A stretch of 64,000 nt of DNA from Eledone cirrhosa. Taxonomy: Eukaryota. Under the pieces are notes generated by a model. That model searched no databases. It had not been told where the DNA came from and saw only the letters and a program-made list of their open reading frames with translations. This document shows positions 44,342 through 57,337 of the stretch, piece by piece (positions within the stretch are counted from its first letter, which is position 1; every line of letters begins with the position of its first letter). The stretch covers positions 77,190,001-77,254,000 of the forward strand of contig OZ024747.1 of the NCBI GenBank assembly GCA_964016885.1, written 5' to 3'. A program made the position numbers and the translations under genes.

Positions 44342-44384
44342 ACGTTGCTGACGATAGCTAATAAGCTTGAAACTAGTACAGCGT
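44342..44384 (+). ncRNA. Minimal type-I hammerhead ribozyme
   Basis: acgttg CTGACGA t AGCT aata AGCT t GAAA CTAG TA cagcgt; stem I 6 bp, palindromic stem III, GUA site after 44378. Confidence 0.85.
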
Positions 44385-44761
44385 TCCTTTGTCAGTGTTG
44401 AGCAAACGAGCAACGATGGTTGCTAGACACTACGGCTTAATACGGGATGTTTGTTTACAAACACATTGAGCATTATAATAAATGTTCGGTGAATCCATAC
44501 GTACATATATATATGTGTGCATGTATGTATATATATATACATACTACTGTACGTCTGTATACATATATGTATGTACGTGTACATACTTATATTTAAGTAA
44601 CAGCCGTACTAAGAGTGGGAAATGAAATTTCGTTTCATTTTTTCCGTTTATCGTTTTCGGTGCACCCAGCCGATTAACCCACTCGATATGCAAATTGGGC
44701 TACTCAGCCGTTAATATGCATAAGGTAAGTATATACGTTCAACTATCTGGCAGGAAGGTAT

Positions 44762-44804
44762 ATGTTGCCGACGATAGCTAATAAGCTTGAAACTAGTACA
44801 GCGT
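44762..44804 (+). ncRNA. Hammerhead of second tandem unit, core mutated (CCGACGA)
   Basis: Exactly 420 nt downstream of the first; U4C change. Confidence 0.7.
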
Positions 44805-45484
44805 TCCTTTGTCAGTGTTGAGCAAACGAGCAACGATGGTTGCTAGACACTACGGCTTAATACGGTATGTTTGTTTACAAACACATTGAGCATTATAATA
44901 AATGTTCAGTGAATCCATACGTACATATATATATGTGTGCATGTATGTATATATATATATATACATACTACTGTACGTTTGTATAGATATATGTATGTAC
45001 GTGTACATATATATATATATATACATACTACTGTACATTTGTATAGATATATGTATGTACGTGTACATATATAATTTTCTTATTTTACGTCTCTCATATT
45101 ATTGTTCTGCAACCCCATGCATTGAACCACAAAGTTACTAAGACAAAACCTATATATTTGCTAGCATTGATATGCATCTGTATGTATATATATGTTACTA
45201 GATATTAATTCTTTATAATTATCTCCAAATTATTTGTTGAGCAATATTGGCCAAGACTGCTGCTATGGTGGCAGGCAGGCCGCTGTCTTATTAACAAACC
45301 ACTTTCCACTGATTGACCCCGATGTCACGTGATTGATTCTTTTTGAATTTGCCACCGACGCAGAGGCAGTTATTTTCTCAATGGCTAGGAATTCAGTCCA
45401 CGCTTTGCGATTTTCTATCCACTGAATTATTTTTGAATAAGTTTCCAGAGTCCACGCTTTGCCTGGATACTTAGCTGAGAATAG

Positions 45485-45566
45485 ACTTCCCTGACGACGA
45501 AATGATTCTCCATATTTTCTTCGGAAAGTATATTTATTCCATTTCAGAAACTAATTAGTTGGGAGT
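45485..45566 (+). ncRNA. Hammerhead with extended stem II capped by c(UUCG)g
   Basis: acttcc CTGACGA c gaaatg...catttc a GAAA CTAATTAG TT gggagt. Confidence 0.8.
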
Positions 45567-45616
45567 GAAATTTTAGTAAGTAAGTTAATTTTATAATTTT
45601 CTTATTTTACGTCTCT

Positions 45617-46330
45617 CATCATCATCATCATCATCATCATCAGGTTTAGCGTCCGTGTTCCACGCTTGCATGGGTTTGGACGGGGGTTTTCCCACTTGAG
45701 GCAAGAGTGGTTGTCTTGCTCGCATAGGACTGTCTGGCGGGTTTTCTACAGTTGGATGCCCTTCCTAACACCAACCACATTTACAGTGTGGGGCTGGGAG
45801 GTTTTTACCGTGTTGCCTACACGGCCACATTTACAGCGTGGACTGTGTGTTTTTTTGTCGTGACACCTACACGATCTCATTTGTTTCGGCCTGGATGTTG
45901 TGGGACCAACATAACTTTACATTGAAAGGGGCGGTGTGGGTGGGGTGGAGGTGGTGGGACGGGGGTGTGTTTTGATAGAGATGCCTACTGACTGTAGGTT
46001 TTTACTTTGTATTTAGGTAAGGCGGGTCTTCTCTATTACTGAGTACCGCCAAAGGTCTCGGTCCAGTGACATTGTCTTGGAGAGGTGTAAGTGTGTGAGG
46101 TCAGAATTTATCAGCTCGTCCCATGTTTTTCTGGGTCTGCCTACTCCGTGGCTACCGTCTATCTTTATTGCCCTGCACTTTGTTATACAGCTGTCGTCTT
46201 TCATGCGCATCACGTGACCGTACCAACGTAGCCTTCTCTCGAGTAAACAACATCTGATCCCTCTTATTTCTAATTTTTTCCTTAGTTCGTTTATGCTTTG
46301 CCGTTCACGTATATTACTATTGTACATCCA

Positions 46331-46333
<3 letters not shown>
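45617..46333 (-). mobile_element. 5'-truncated RTE 3' end
   Basis: RLRWYGHVMRM...GRPRKTW...KTRLT*, 3' UTR and (GAT)n tail. Confidence 0.9.
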
Positions 46334-46369
<36 letters not shown>

Positions 46370-48153
46370 CTATAAATATATATATATATATTTACTATAA
46401 ATATATATATATATATATACTATAAATATATATATATATATACATTTACTATAAATATATATATATATATATATTTACTATAAATATATATATATATATA
46501 TATTTACTATAAATATATATATATATATATATTTACTATAAATATATATATATATATATATTTACTATAAATATATATATATATATATATTTACTATAAA
46601 TATATATATATATATATATATTTACTATAAATATATATATATATATATTTACTATAAATATATATATATATTTACTATAAATATATATATATATTTACTA
46701 TAAATATATATATATATATTTACTATAAATATATATATATATTTACTATAAATATATATTTACTATAAATATATATATATATATATTTACTATAAATATA
46801 TATATATATTTACTATAAATATATATATATATATTTACTATAAATAACCCATGCAAGCGTGGAACACGGACGTTAAACGTTAATGATGATGATGATGATG
46901 ATATATATATATTTACTATATATATATATATATATATATATAACGAATGAGATGTGGTAAGGAACCAGGTGGACCATAACGCACCAAAGTACTCAATACT
47001 TGAGGTAGTAGAGTGGGTAATAGGAACCAGTAAGACCCCGACAGCTGAGCTCAAGCCGTTTCGACGGCTAATTCTGGACGTCCAGAATTAGCCGTCGAAA
47101 CGGCTTGAGCTCAGCTGTCGGGGTCTTACTGGTTCCTATTATATATATATATATATATTTACTATAAATATATATATATATATACTACAAATATATATAT
47201 ATACTACAAATATATATATATATATATATATACTATAAATATATATATATATATATATACTATAAATATATATATATATATATATACTATAAATATATAT
47301 ATATATATATATATACTATAAATATATATATATATATACTATAAATATATATATATATATACTATAAATATATATATATATATATATAGAGAAAATTGAG
47401 GTTGGTAATGGCACATGGAATATATAAGAGACAGAATACTTTTTTGTGAAAAAACATAATTTTATAAGGTAAGGAAATAATAAAGGGTATAAAAAATGAC
47501 CGGTTTCGATGGGTCTGCAAAAGCCATCTTTTCAAATGTTGATTAATATTAAGAAAAATTAATAATAAGAGGAGTTAAAATTTGAGATTTGAAAATTCAA
47601 GTATAGAATTCATTGTGGGATTTCATAGTAGTTTTCATCTTGGTAGCAACAACAGTTGACTGCTTCTGGTAGTGAATGAGAAGTTATTTGGGGTGTGGGT
47701 TATTTTATAAAGGTCAAATTTATCAATGGCCAGATGGCCAGCTGCTGGTCAGTGAGGGGGTGGAAGCAATATACATACATATATCTTCCTGTGCTCCTTA
47801 GGAGAGGGGAGATTGATAGAAAGGGATTTAGTGCACTTACACCTATATATACACACATACCTTCATCCACACATACATACACACATATATATACATACAT
47901 ATACACACATACATACACACACACATATGTATTGTGTGTGCGTGTGTGTATGTATGTGTGTATCTGGATGTATGCGTATGTGTATATATATATGTGTGTG
48001 TGTGTATATATATATATATGTGTGTGTATGTGTATATATGTGTGTGTGTGTGTGTTTGTATGTGTGTATGTATATATATGTGTGTGTGTATGTATGTGTG
48101 GGTGTGTGTATATATATGTGTATGTATATGTGTGTATATATATGTATGTACAC

Positions 48154-48193
<40 letters not shown>

Positions 48194-48292
48194 ATGTATG
48201 TGTGTATCTGGATGTATGTGTATGTATATATATGTGTGTGTATGTGCATATATGTGTGTGTGTATGTGTGTGTGTATGTATGTGTGTATATG

Positions 48293-48333
<41 letters not shown>

Positions 48334-48671
48334 ATGTATGTGTGGATGATGGTATGTGTGTATATATAGGTGTAAGTGCACTATATCCCTTTCTATCAAT
48401 CTCCCCTCTCCTACCGACCACAGGGAGATATATGTATGTATATTGCTTCCACCTCCTCACTGACCAGCAGCTGGCCATCTGGCCATTGCTAAATTTGACC
48501 TTTATAAAATAACCCACACCCCAAATAACTTCTCATTCACTACCAGAAGCAGTCAACATGCTGCTACCAAGATGAAAACTACTATGAAATCCCACAATGA
48601 ATTCTATACTTGAATTTACAAATCTCAAATTTTAACTCTTCGTATTATTAATTTTTCTTAATATTAATCAA

Positions 48672-48714
48672 CATTTGAAAAGATGGCTTTTGCAGACCCA
48701 TCGAAACCGGTCAT
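48672..48714 (+). ncRNA. U3-A8 variant hammerhead-like motif (inverted twin near 47496-47538)
   Basis: TTGAAAA GATGG ... CCATC GAAA CCGG TC; stem I very short. Confidence 0.5.
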
Positions 48715-48855
48715 TTTTTATACCCTTTATTATTTCCTTACCTTATAAAATTATATGTTTTTTCACAAAAAAGTATTCTGTCTCTTATATATTCCATGTG
48801 CCATTACCAACCTCAATTTTCTCTATAACCTTCGTTTTGTGTAGTAAATTACACT

Positions 48856-48886
<31 letters not shown>

Positions 48887-48887
48887 C

Positions 48888-48969
<82 letters not shown>

Positions 48970-49002
48970 TATAGATATATATATATATATATATATATAT
49001 AC

Positions 49003-49041
<39 letters not shown>

Positions 49042-49044
49042 TAT

Positions 49045-49108
<64 letters not shown>

Positions 49109-49234
49109 TATAAATATATATATATATGGTCCAAAGAAAAATATAAAATAAAACAGACAAACATTAACAACAACAAAAAATGGGATAAAAACCGTTTTTG
49201 AGTTGTCAGCATAATTTGTCCCTTTCTCGTGTAT

Positions 49235-52200
49235 ATCATCATCATCGTTTAACGTCCATATTCCATGCTTGCATGGGTTTGGACGGGAGTTTTCCCACTT
49301 GAGGCAAGAGTGGTTGTCTTGCTCACATAGGACTGTCTGGCGGCTTTTCTACGGCTGGATGCCCTTCATAACACCAACCACAATTACAGTGTGGAACTGG
49401 GAGGTTTTTACCGTGTTACCTACACTCCGTAGCTTCCATCTATTTTGATCGCCCTGCACTTTTTTATACAGCTGTCATCTTTCATGCGCATCATGTGACC
49501 ATACCAACGTAGTCTTCTCTCAAGTAAACAACATCTGATCCCTCTTATTTTAATTTCTCCCTTAGTTCGTTTATGCTTTGCCGTTCACGTATATTACTAT
49601 TACACATCCAGCAGAGCATGCAAGCTTCGTTCCTCTCCAGTCTACATATATCCTCTGTACACAATGCCCAGGTCTCACTGCCATGCAACATTGCTGTTCG
49701 TATGCAGGCATCATACAGCCTGCCTTTCATTTTTAGGGAGAACCCTTTAGCGGCTAATAGTGGTATAAGCTCTCTGAACTTTTTCCATCCAGTTCTGACT
49801 CTAGCTACTGTACTTTCAGAGCACCCTCCCCGACTGCTGATTTTGTCACCCAGGTAACGGAAGCTGTCCACTATTTTTATAGAACCATCTGTGCAATGGA
49901 ATGAGCTAGTATTCTGTGGGCACTTGCTGCTACTTATTGCACCAGAGCACCGGCCACATATAAAATCTATGTTCTTAGTTAGCTTACCTGTAATCCCACT
50001 ACATCTTTTATGCACCCATACTTTGCATTTGGGACATAAAATGGAGTTTCTACCTACTCCTTTCCTACACACTGAGCATGGCCATTTACCGGATGGGACC
50101 GGCGCCCTATTTTCCTTCCTACAAACGAGAACTTTAGTCTTAGACAGGTTAATTTTAAGGCCTTTTGATTCTAGGCCATGCTTCCATGTTTTGGAATTTC
50201 TTCTCTAGTTCAGCCATTGATTCAGCTATGAGCGTTAGATCATCTGCGTATAGGAGTTCCCATGGGCAGCCGGTCTTGAACTCCACTGTTATAGCCTGAA
50301 GGGCAATAATAAATAGTAGGGGGATAAGAACGGAGCCCTGATGAATACCAACTTTTACGCTAAACTCTTCACTATATTCGTTGTTAATTCTAACCTTGCT
50401 GACTGTTTCTTTATACATGGCTTGTATAGCTCTCACAAGCCATTCATCAACACCTAGTTTTTAACCACCCACCAGATAATGGAGCGGGGGACTGTCAAAG
50501 TCAAAAAAAGCTAAGTATAAGGGTTTACTTTTAGCTAGGTACTTCTCTTGTAGTTGTCGTACAATGAAAAGAGCGTCTGTGGTACTTTTACCTGACACAA
50601 ACCCGAACTGCATTTGATCTAGATCAATTCGTTTTCTGATTAGTTGCGCTATTACTTTTTCTGTGACCTTCATGACCTGGTCGATTAATTTAATGCCTCT
50701 ATAGTTACTCCTATCTAGGGCATCTCCTTTACACTTGTAGCAGTTAATGATGATGCTGCTACGCCAGTCCTTTGGAACAACCCCATTCTGTATGAATTGG
50801 TTTACTATCCGGGTGACCATGGTGTGTCCCACCGTTCCAGAAACTTTCAGCATTTCAGCAACTATTTCCGAAGGCCCAGCCGCCTTACCCGTCTTCATGT
50901 CTTTGATTGCCTTACTTATTATACTACCTTCGACTAACACTGCTGGTCCCTCTATTGGGTCGATGTGGGGGAGACTGTCTTTCTCCCATTTATTCTCCTC
51001 ATTTAGTAGCCTTTCGTAGCGACACTTCCAAGCTACCTTCTTATCAGCGTCAGTGATGGCAAGTACACCATCATCATTAAGTACACACTTCTCCCTGACA
51101 ATATCACGGTTTTCCTTGATACATTGCCTAGCAATCCTGAACACCTCACGTTTTTGGTCCTCGTGTTGTAGAACATGCTTGAACTTTCTTTCCTCTGCTT
51201 CCCTTCTTGCGAAGTACATTTGTCTCCTAGCTTCCCTCCTAGCCACTTGATAGTCTTCTCTACTTCCCCCATCCCGCCATACTTTCCAAGCCTGCTTTTT
51301 GGCCTTAATTGACTCCTCCACCTTACTGTTCCACCACCATGTTACTCTCCTCCTGCCTATAGGCCTGCTCCAGCCACAGACTTCGTCTGCCGCCATCAGC
51401 AGGTTTGCTTTCAGGAATTCCCACTGTTCCTCTATATTGTACGATTCTAAATGCTCTTCCTTACTGTCGAAAGTATCAAGTAATATGCTTTTAAATTTGT
51501 TACTGGCTGTGGGGTCCTTTAGTTTCCATATGTTTCTCCTGAGGATAGTCCTCTTCTGCTGTCGAGTACATCTCGTCCTGACTATGAGGTCGCTAATTAT
51601 CAGTCTATGTTGGGAGGTGCATTCTTCATGGGGGAGGGATTTAGTGTTTACAACAGACACTCTGTCACGTCTTCTGGTAAGGATATAATCTACCTGGCTG
51701 GTATGTTCCCCTGATCTGTAGGTGATCAAGTGATTGTCTCGTTTTTTGAAGTTAGTGTTACAGATAGTTAGGTTATTTGCGTCACAGAATTCCAGGATTC
51801 TGGAGCCTTCCTCATTTCTAGTACCAAACCCATAGCCTCCGTGGATTCCGTCATAGCCATCACAATGTTGTCCAACGTGACCATTTAGGTCGCCAGCAAT
51901 AATTATATAGTCACTGTTGGTTATTTGGGAGGTAGTGAGCATCAGTGTCTCATAGAATCTGTCTTTTATAGCGCCAGGCAGTCCAGATTGGGGCGCGCGT
52001 ACGCAGATATTACTGTCACAGTAGCTCTATTTAGAACAAGTCTTATTTTAATTATTCTGTCATTCACTCTATTTACGTCTATTATCTTATCCACCCTTTT
52101 TTTGCTAACATGATTCCTACTCCACCCAGCCCATTGTCATTTCCCACCCAGAAAAGCTTATAGCATCGTTTTTTACCCACTATGAATCTAGCAGACCCGC

Positions 52201-52431
52201 CCCTCCACCTGGTCTCTTGGATACAGCAAACATCAACCTCCTTATGTTCAAGCATTTCTACAACCTCGTTAGAGCGGCCTTTTAAGGTGCCTACATTTAT
52301 GGCACCAACTCTGAAGTTTTGGATTGCGTTTGGTGGGTGGGGCGCAGGGAGGGGAGAGGGGGACGGGGTTGGGGTTATGTTGGCCATCCGCGGCCGCAAC
52401 AAAGAGGAGGGGGCCTTGCCCTCTCGTAGAA
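49235..52431 (-). mobile_element. Near full-length, decayed copy of the same RTE LINE
   Basis: ORFs 52082-52444, 50461-51942, 50155-50436 (LLYADDL) and 49545-50072; (GAT)n tail at 49235; deletion across the ORF end/3' UTR near 49425. Confidence 0.93.
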
Positions 52432-52477
52432 GTGGACTGATCATTAATAAGAGTTGACAAATTATTATTATTTATTA

Positions 52478-52728
52478 TATGTGATGCACATGGAGGATGA
52501 CTGCTGGGTAAAGAAGGTCCAAGAAATGCCAGTTGAAGGGAGACGCAGTAGAGGTAGACCACATAAAACATGGGCGGAGGTGGTGAGAGCAGACCTCAGA
52601 TCGCTGAAACTCACCGAGGAGATGACGAAGGACCGTGACAAGTGGAGAGATGCTGTGCTGAATAGGACCCGTCCCACCCTTGCAAGCAGGGAAAGGGGAT
52701 GTAAAATGATGATGATGATGATGATGAT
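52478..52728 (+). mobile_element. 3' end of a second RTE family (related fragments near 24280-24470 and 63830-63890)
   Basis: VMHMEDDCWVKKVQEMPVEGRRSRGRPHKTWAEVVRADL...; (GAT)n tail. Confidence 0.8.
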
Positions 52729-52831
52729 AATCAATCTCCCAAATGGCTGACTGGATAAGCACGTGTATTTTTGCTGTTCCTTCCCCTTCTCACTCTTTAC
52801 CTCTCTATTTTATCTTTTATTTATAATTCTA

Positions 52832-52867
52832 CTTTCTGATGACGGACTAGTGTCCGAAACGTTAAGA
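52832..52867 (+). ncRNA. Minimal hammerhead-like motif
   Basis: cttt CTGATGA c GGAC tagt GTCC GAAACGTT aaga; palindromic AACGTT in place of stem III. Confidence 0.6.
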
Positions 52868-52990
52868 CCCTTTTCCTGTTATTTCAAGTATTAAACTATT
52901 ATATTTCTTCAATGTACTGTGACATTTGCTTTGTTATTTCTATTTACTTTTTACATACATAATCAATAAAAAAAACATTGATCTGCTTAC

Positions 52991-53077
52991 CTTTTCTTGA
53001 TCGATGGCTGTTTTGATATTGTTTATTTCTTCTTCCATATCAGCTTCACTGTAGAACCGTCTTAAAACAGCAGCAGC
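52991..53077 (-). CDS. SLC2A10/SLC2A12: GLUT10/12-like exon (central cytoplasmic loop)
   Basis: AAAVLRRFYSEADMEEEINNIKTAIDQEK; 87 nt, phase 0-0, AG/GT. Confidence 0.88.
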
Positions 53078-53915
53078 CTGTTAAACATTTATTAGATTAA
53101 CTCATTAACCATTTAGTTTCCAGCCCAGTCAAAACCGGATCTGGTTCTATGAAATAAAATCAACCATTTTAAAGGTTTTCAATTTAAATTAAAAGCTCCC
53201 AACATAATTTTATATAAAAACCTTACATTAAGTTACTATCTTAGTATTGAAATAATAATTTTAGTAAATCCTTCAAATCTCTTCATTAATGATTTTTAAA
53301 TACAGGGTTCCTATTGAAATTTAAATCTTCCATCATAATTTTGTATAAGAACCTTACATTAAGTTACTATCTTAGGAATGAAATAATTAATAACTTTAGA
53401 AAATCCCTCAAAATTCATTAATTAATTAAAATATACTGTATTTCATTAGAAATGTGGTCATGAAAGAGTTAATATCACAGCATAATTGTAGAGCATAACA
53501 CCAAGAACAACAACAATGGTGTAATCATAATTTCTATGTACGTAGCCACCAACCAAAAAAGGCACAACAAATTCTATGACCCTTGATAATGGTTTAAGAT
53601 GTAGGCACAAGGCCAGCAATGTGTGGGGAGGGGGGTATGTCAATCATACTGGCCACAGTTCTTTACTGGTAATTTATTCTAATGGACTAGAAGGAGGAGG
53701 CAAAGAAGATGAAAAAGAAAAAAAAAAAGAAAAAAGCAGCAGCAGCAGTAGCTGAAAACCAATGCTTTTTCCTAGTTGTTGTCAGTCAATAACCATAAAG
53801 TTAATATTGACCTAGTTAACCACATAGTTAATACTGACCTACTTAACCACACCATTTTCCCCCACTTACATTAAATATACTGGAGAGTAGCACCTTGTTT
53901 TTCATATATAATTAC

Positions 53916-54024
53916 CTGAACTTCTTTTCCTTTCAATACCAAAAATCGAGGACTTTGAGGCAGAAAAAACATCATCAGGATTTGTATAACAGCGAGAATC
54001 GATGACAGACCAAACATGTATCTC
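53916..54024 (-). CDS. SLC2A10/SLC2A12: GLUT10/12-like exon
   Basis: WRYMFGLSSILAVIQILMMFFLPQSPRFLVLKGKEVQ (PESPR-like motif); 109 nt. Confidence 0.93.
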
Positions 54025-55157
54025 CTGGTTCGAAATAAAAAAAGAATAAATGAAAATATATGTTTTTTCTGTTCACGTTCTTACTGCCTGATGAGGTCAT
54101 AGCTATTGAATAATGGCTATCACTGAAATATATATATATATATAACAGCGAATATGAATAAACAAAGTTAATTTTACCCTGTTGACTTACACTTCTTGTT
54201 TTTACATTACTCTGGAGTAAACAGACACCAACCTACGCACTTTGTTGAGTTCTCCAACCTGCATACTGAGGTGTCGGTAAGCAACCAACACATACTCAAA
54301 ATTATATATATATATATATATATAACGAAGGAAATGTGGTAAGGAACCAGATGGACCATAACGCACCAGAGTACTTAGGGTAGTAGAGTGGGTAATAGGA
54401 AAAAGTATGATCCCGACGGCAGAGCTCAAGCCGTTTCGACGGCTATGTCCAGAAATAGTCGTCTAAACGGCTTGAGCTCTGCCGTCGGGGTCATTTTTTT
54501 TCCTATATATATATATATATATATATATAAAGGCCCTAACCATAACACCCCAGTGGGCAGGCGGTATGAACAAACATCTGTGAACCAAATGTACATCGCA
54601 GACCATGCTCGAACAAGCATTAGTGAAGCAACATCCACTAAATAATAAATGTACACCCCAGACCCGACCTGTACTGGCACTAGTGAAACAACACACATAA
54701 TATAAAGATGCTAAACACCAGCATATGAACAGGTATAAAAATCTAAATGGGAATGGATTGTTTGAACACCGGCCAAAGTTACTCCCCCTTGCTCTGCGAT
54801 AATAACAACACATGCACAGAGGAGAAGAATGAACTATGATGTTAATTTAACAGTGAAATCCCTCCTGGGTCCTATATTGATCATTGTTTTGTTTTCCATG
54901 CCCTTGATAAGCCCATTCCGGGCGAAACGTACGTGGGCGCCCTGTTATATAAACATGTTCTAACGGTTTTAAACTCCTTGTATTCATTTCCTTTATAATC
55001 GCTCTGCTTATTTTTTCTCGCCCACTAAATATTGACGCCTCTAATATTTAACCCTATAAGCTCCAGTATAGAGCACATATGCATAAACTATTGGCAACTA
55101 AATATATGTATCGCCCATCTTTCCATTTTTTTTCTCTCTCTCGATACTTAATCATTC

Positions 55158-55193
<36 letters not shown>

Positions 55194-55360
55194 ATTATAT
55201 ATATGTATTATATATATATATTTATATATTATTTATATACATTGAAGTTCGGTGGTTCACCACTGGATAGAACTGGTCATTCTGTATAGTTAACCATGGT
55301 GTATTAGTAGGAAAAGCAATCGACGTTACACAACTCATCTATCTGTTGGTGCGGGAACTG

Positions 55361-55735
55361 ATTAAATTATTATTGATTAAAATAACAGGAGGCTGGACAG
55401 GTGAAATTCCTTCAAAGTTTGATTTCTGTAAACTCTATATACATTTCAGTTAGTTAGAATCCTGGCGAAATCATCAGGTGTATATTGCATAATAATAAAA
55501 GAAAAATGGCAAACACAATCCTAGAGGCTATAAGGATAGAAAGCAGAGAAATGATGTTTGACTCAAAAGTGATCAGTGGGCTGGTTGTTGTTAGTTCAGC
55601 TGACCATACACCTGATGGTGTCGTCAGGATTCTACATAACCTGGCCAATGAAATGTATATAATGTTTGCAGGAATAAAACTTTGAAGGAATTTCATCAGT
55701 CCGGCCTCATGTCAATTTACTCAATCATAATTAAC
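55361..55735. mobile_element. MITE-like element, about 70-bp imperfect inverted arms
   Basis: GAAATTCCTTCAAAGTTT at about 55403 versus AAACTTTGAAGGAATTTC at about 55677. Confidence 0.55.
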
Positions 55736-56099
55736 TCCGTTTAAAATGTTTTTGCTTTGTTGTTTCATTTAAACCGACCATATCCGGCCAGAATTCTCTC
55801 ACCTTTTTCTGTTCAAACCAGCTGTAACTGGCTGCTCATACTCATGTTAAGGTATTGTTCTCAAAATAAATAATATCAAAATCTCATAGATTTTATATTA
55901 TGTGAAATAATTATGTGAAGTAAAGTGTTTTCCATGAAAATACAATAGTAAATATAGAGTAATGTAAATGCTAAAGGGTTAAAGAAGCTTTCAAATTAAA
56001 ACAATTCAAAACTCAATTTTGATTGCATGTCTCTGGAAATAGATTATTGTGATATATATGTATCTATATACCTGAGTGTGTATATATATATATATACAT

Positions 56100-56439
56100 A
56101 TCATCATCATCATCATTTTACATCCACTTTTCCCTGCTTGCAAGGGTGGGACGGGAACTGATTCTGGCTTGATTTCTACAGCTGGATGCCCTTCCTAACA
56201 CCAACCTCATTTACAGTGAGTGCTGGGTGCTTTTTTGCCGTGGCACCTCCACGACCACTTTACAGTGGAATGATATGGACCCCAGTCCCTATAATCTCAT
56301 TTCTACAGCTGAGTAAACTGGAGCAATGTGAAATAAAGTGTCTTGCTCAAGGAAAACAACACATCACCCGGTCTGAGAATTAAACTCACAACCTTTCGAT
56401 TGCAAGGCCAATGCTCTAACCACTAAGCCATGTGCCTCC
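56100..56439 (-). mobile_element. tRNA-derived SINE with RTE-type tail
   Basis: Near-identical to 25200-25531. Confidence 0.85.
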
Positions 56440-56654
56440 ATATCTATATATATATAGGGATTGTAACGTCCAGTTCACCATTATCATTATTATGTTTATA
56501 CATAGTTTATTTTATATTTTCATTGTTAAATTAGTCTTGCCATTGTGCATTTTTACTCGAGCTTATGGTAAACCTCCCACTGTCCATGTCTTTGTATTGT
56601 CCCCTACATATCGGCCCTTGTGGCCAATAAATGAAATCATTGTTATTATTTAAT

Positions 56655-56838
56655 GGTTTGGCAGTATCGGTAGAGCGTCAGACCCCATGCTTGGCAGCAT
56701 AGAGTTATGGCCATTTATGTTCCGAGTTCAAATCCCGCCGAAGTTAACTTTGCCTTTTATCGTTACGGGGTCTATAAAATGAAGTAGCAGTAATACACTG
56801 GGGTAATTGCTGGCCTTGTGCCAAAAGTAGAAACAATT
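56655..56838 (+). mobile_element. Nin/Deu-domain-like SINE (others near 3905-4025, 18522-18630, 28070-28200, 35860-35990)
   Basis: GTTCAAATCCCGCCGA..TT.ACTTTGCCTTT.ATC.TTACGGGGTC.ATAAAAT motif in several dispersed copies. Confidence 0.7.
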
Positions 56839-56924
56839 ATTATACATATATTTCCTTTCCACTGAATTATTTTTTAATAAGTTTCCAGAGTCCTCGCTAT
56901 GCCTGGAAACTTACATGAAAATAG

Positions 56925-57006
56925 ACTTTCCTGACGACGGAATGCTTTTCAATATATTCTTCGGAAAATATATTTACTCCATTCCAGAAACTAATTAGTT
57001 GGAAGT
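56925..57006 (+). ncRNA. Second copy of the extended-stem-II hammerhead
   Basis: actttc CTGACGA c ggaatg...cattcc a GAAA CTAATTAG TT ggaagt; compensatory changes relative to the 45485 copy. Confidence 0.8.
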
Positions 57007-57076
57007 GATATTTTAGTAAGTAAGTCAATTTTATAATTTTTTTATAATTTTATAATTTTCTTATCTTACGTCTCTC

Positions 57077-57111
<35 letters not shown>

Positions 57112-57337
57112 AGAGAGAGTGAGAGAGTAATTATAATGGAATAGTCTAGTATTATTTTTTGGTAAGCTGTACAAAACTCAATACACATTGTTTGGAAGTC
57201 AATCCTTCTCAATACTCCTGGTGACCTGCAGGTGAGTTTATATACAATGGGAATAACTAATAATTTATTACAACTGATTCATTCTTTGTTTGCATGTAGA
57301 TACATGCTTCTCACCATTATAAAAATGATTGTAGAGA

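Larger units (their letters stand above)
44111..45070 (+). mobile_element. Tandem 420-bp hammerhead-containing repeat (non-LTR retrozyme-like), 2+ units with an inverted 5' piece at 44014-44116
   Basis: 44161 and 44581 start near-identical units; one HHR per unit; no coding capacity; dispersed third copy at 29178-29553 (-). Confidence 0.85.
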
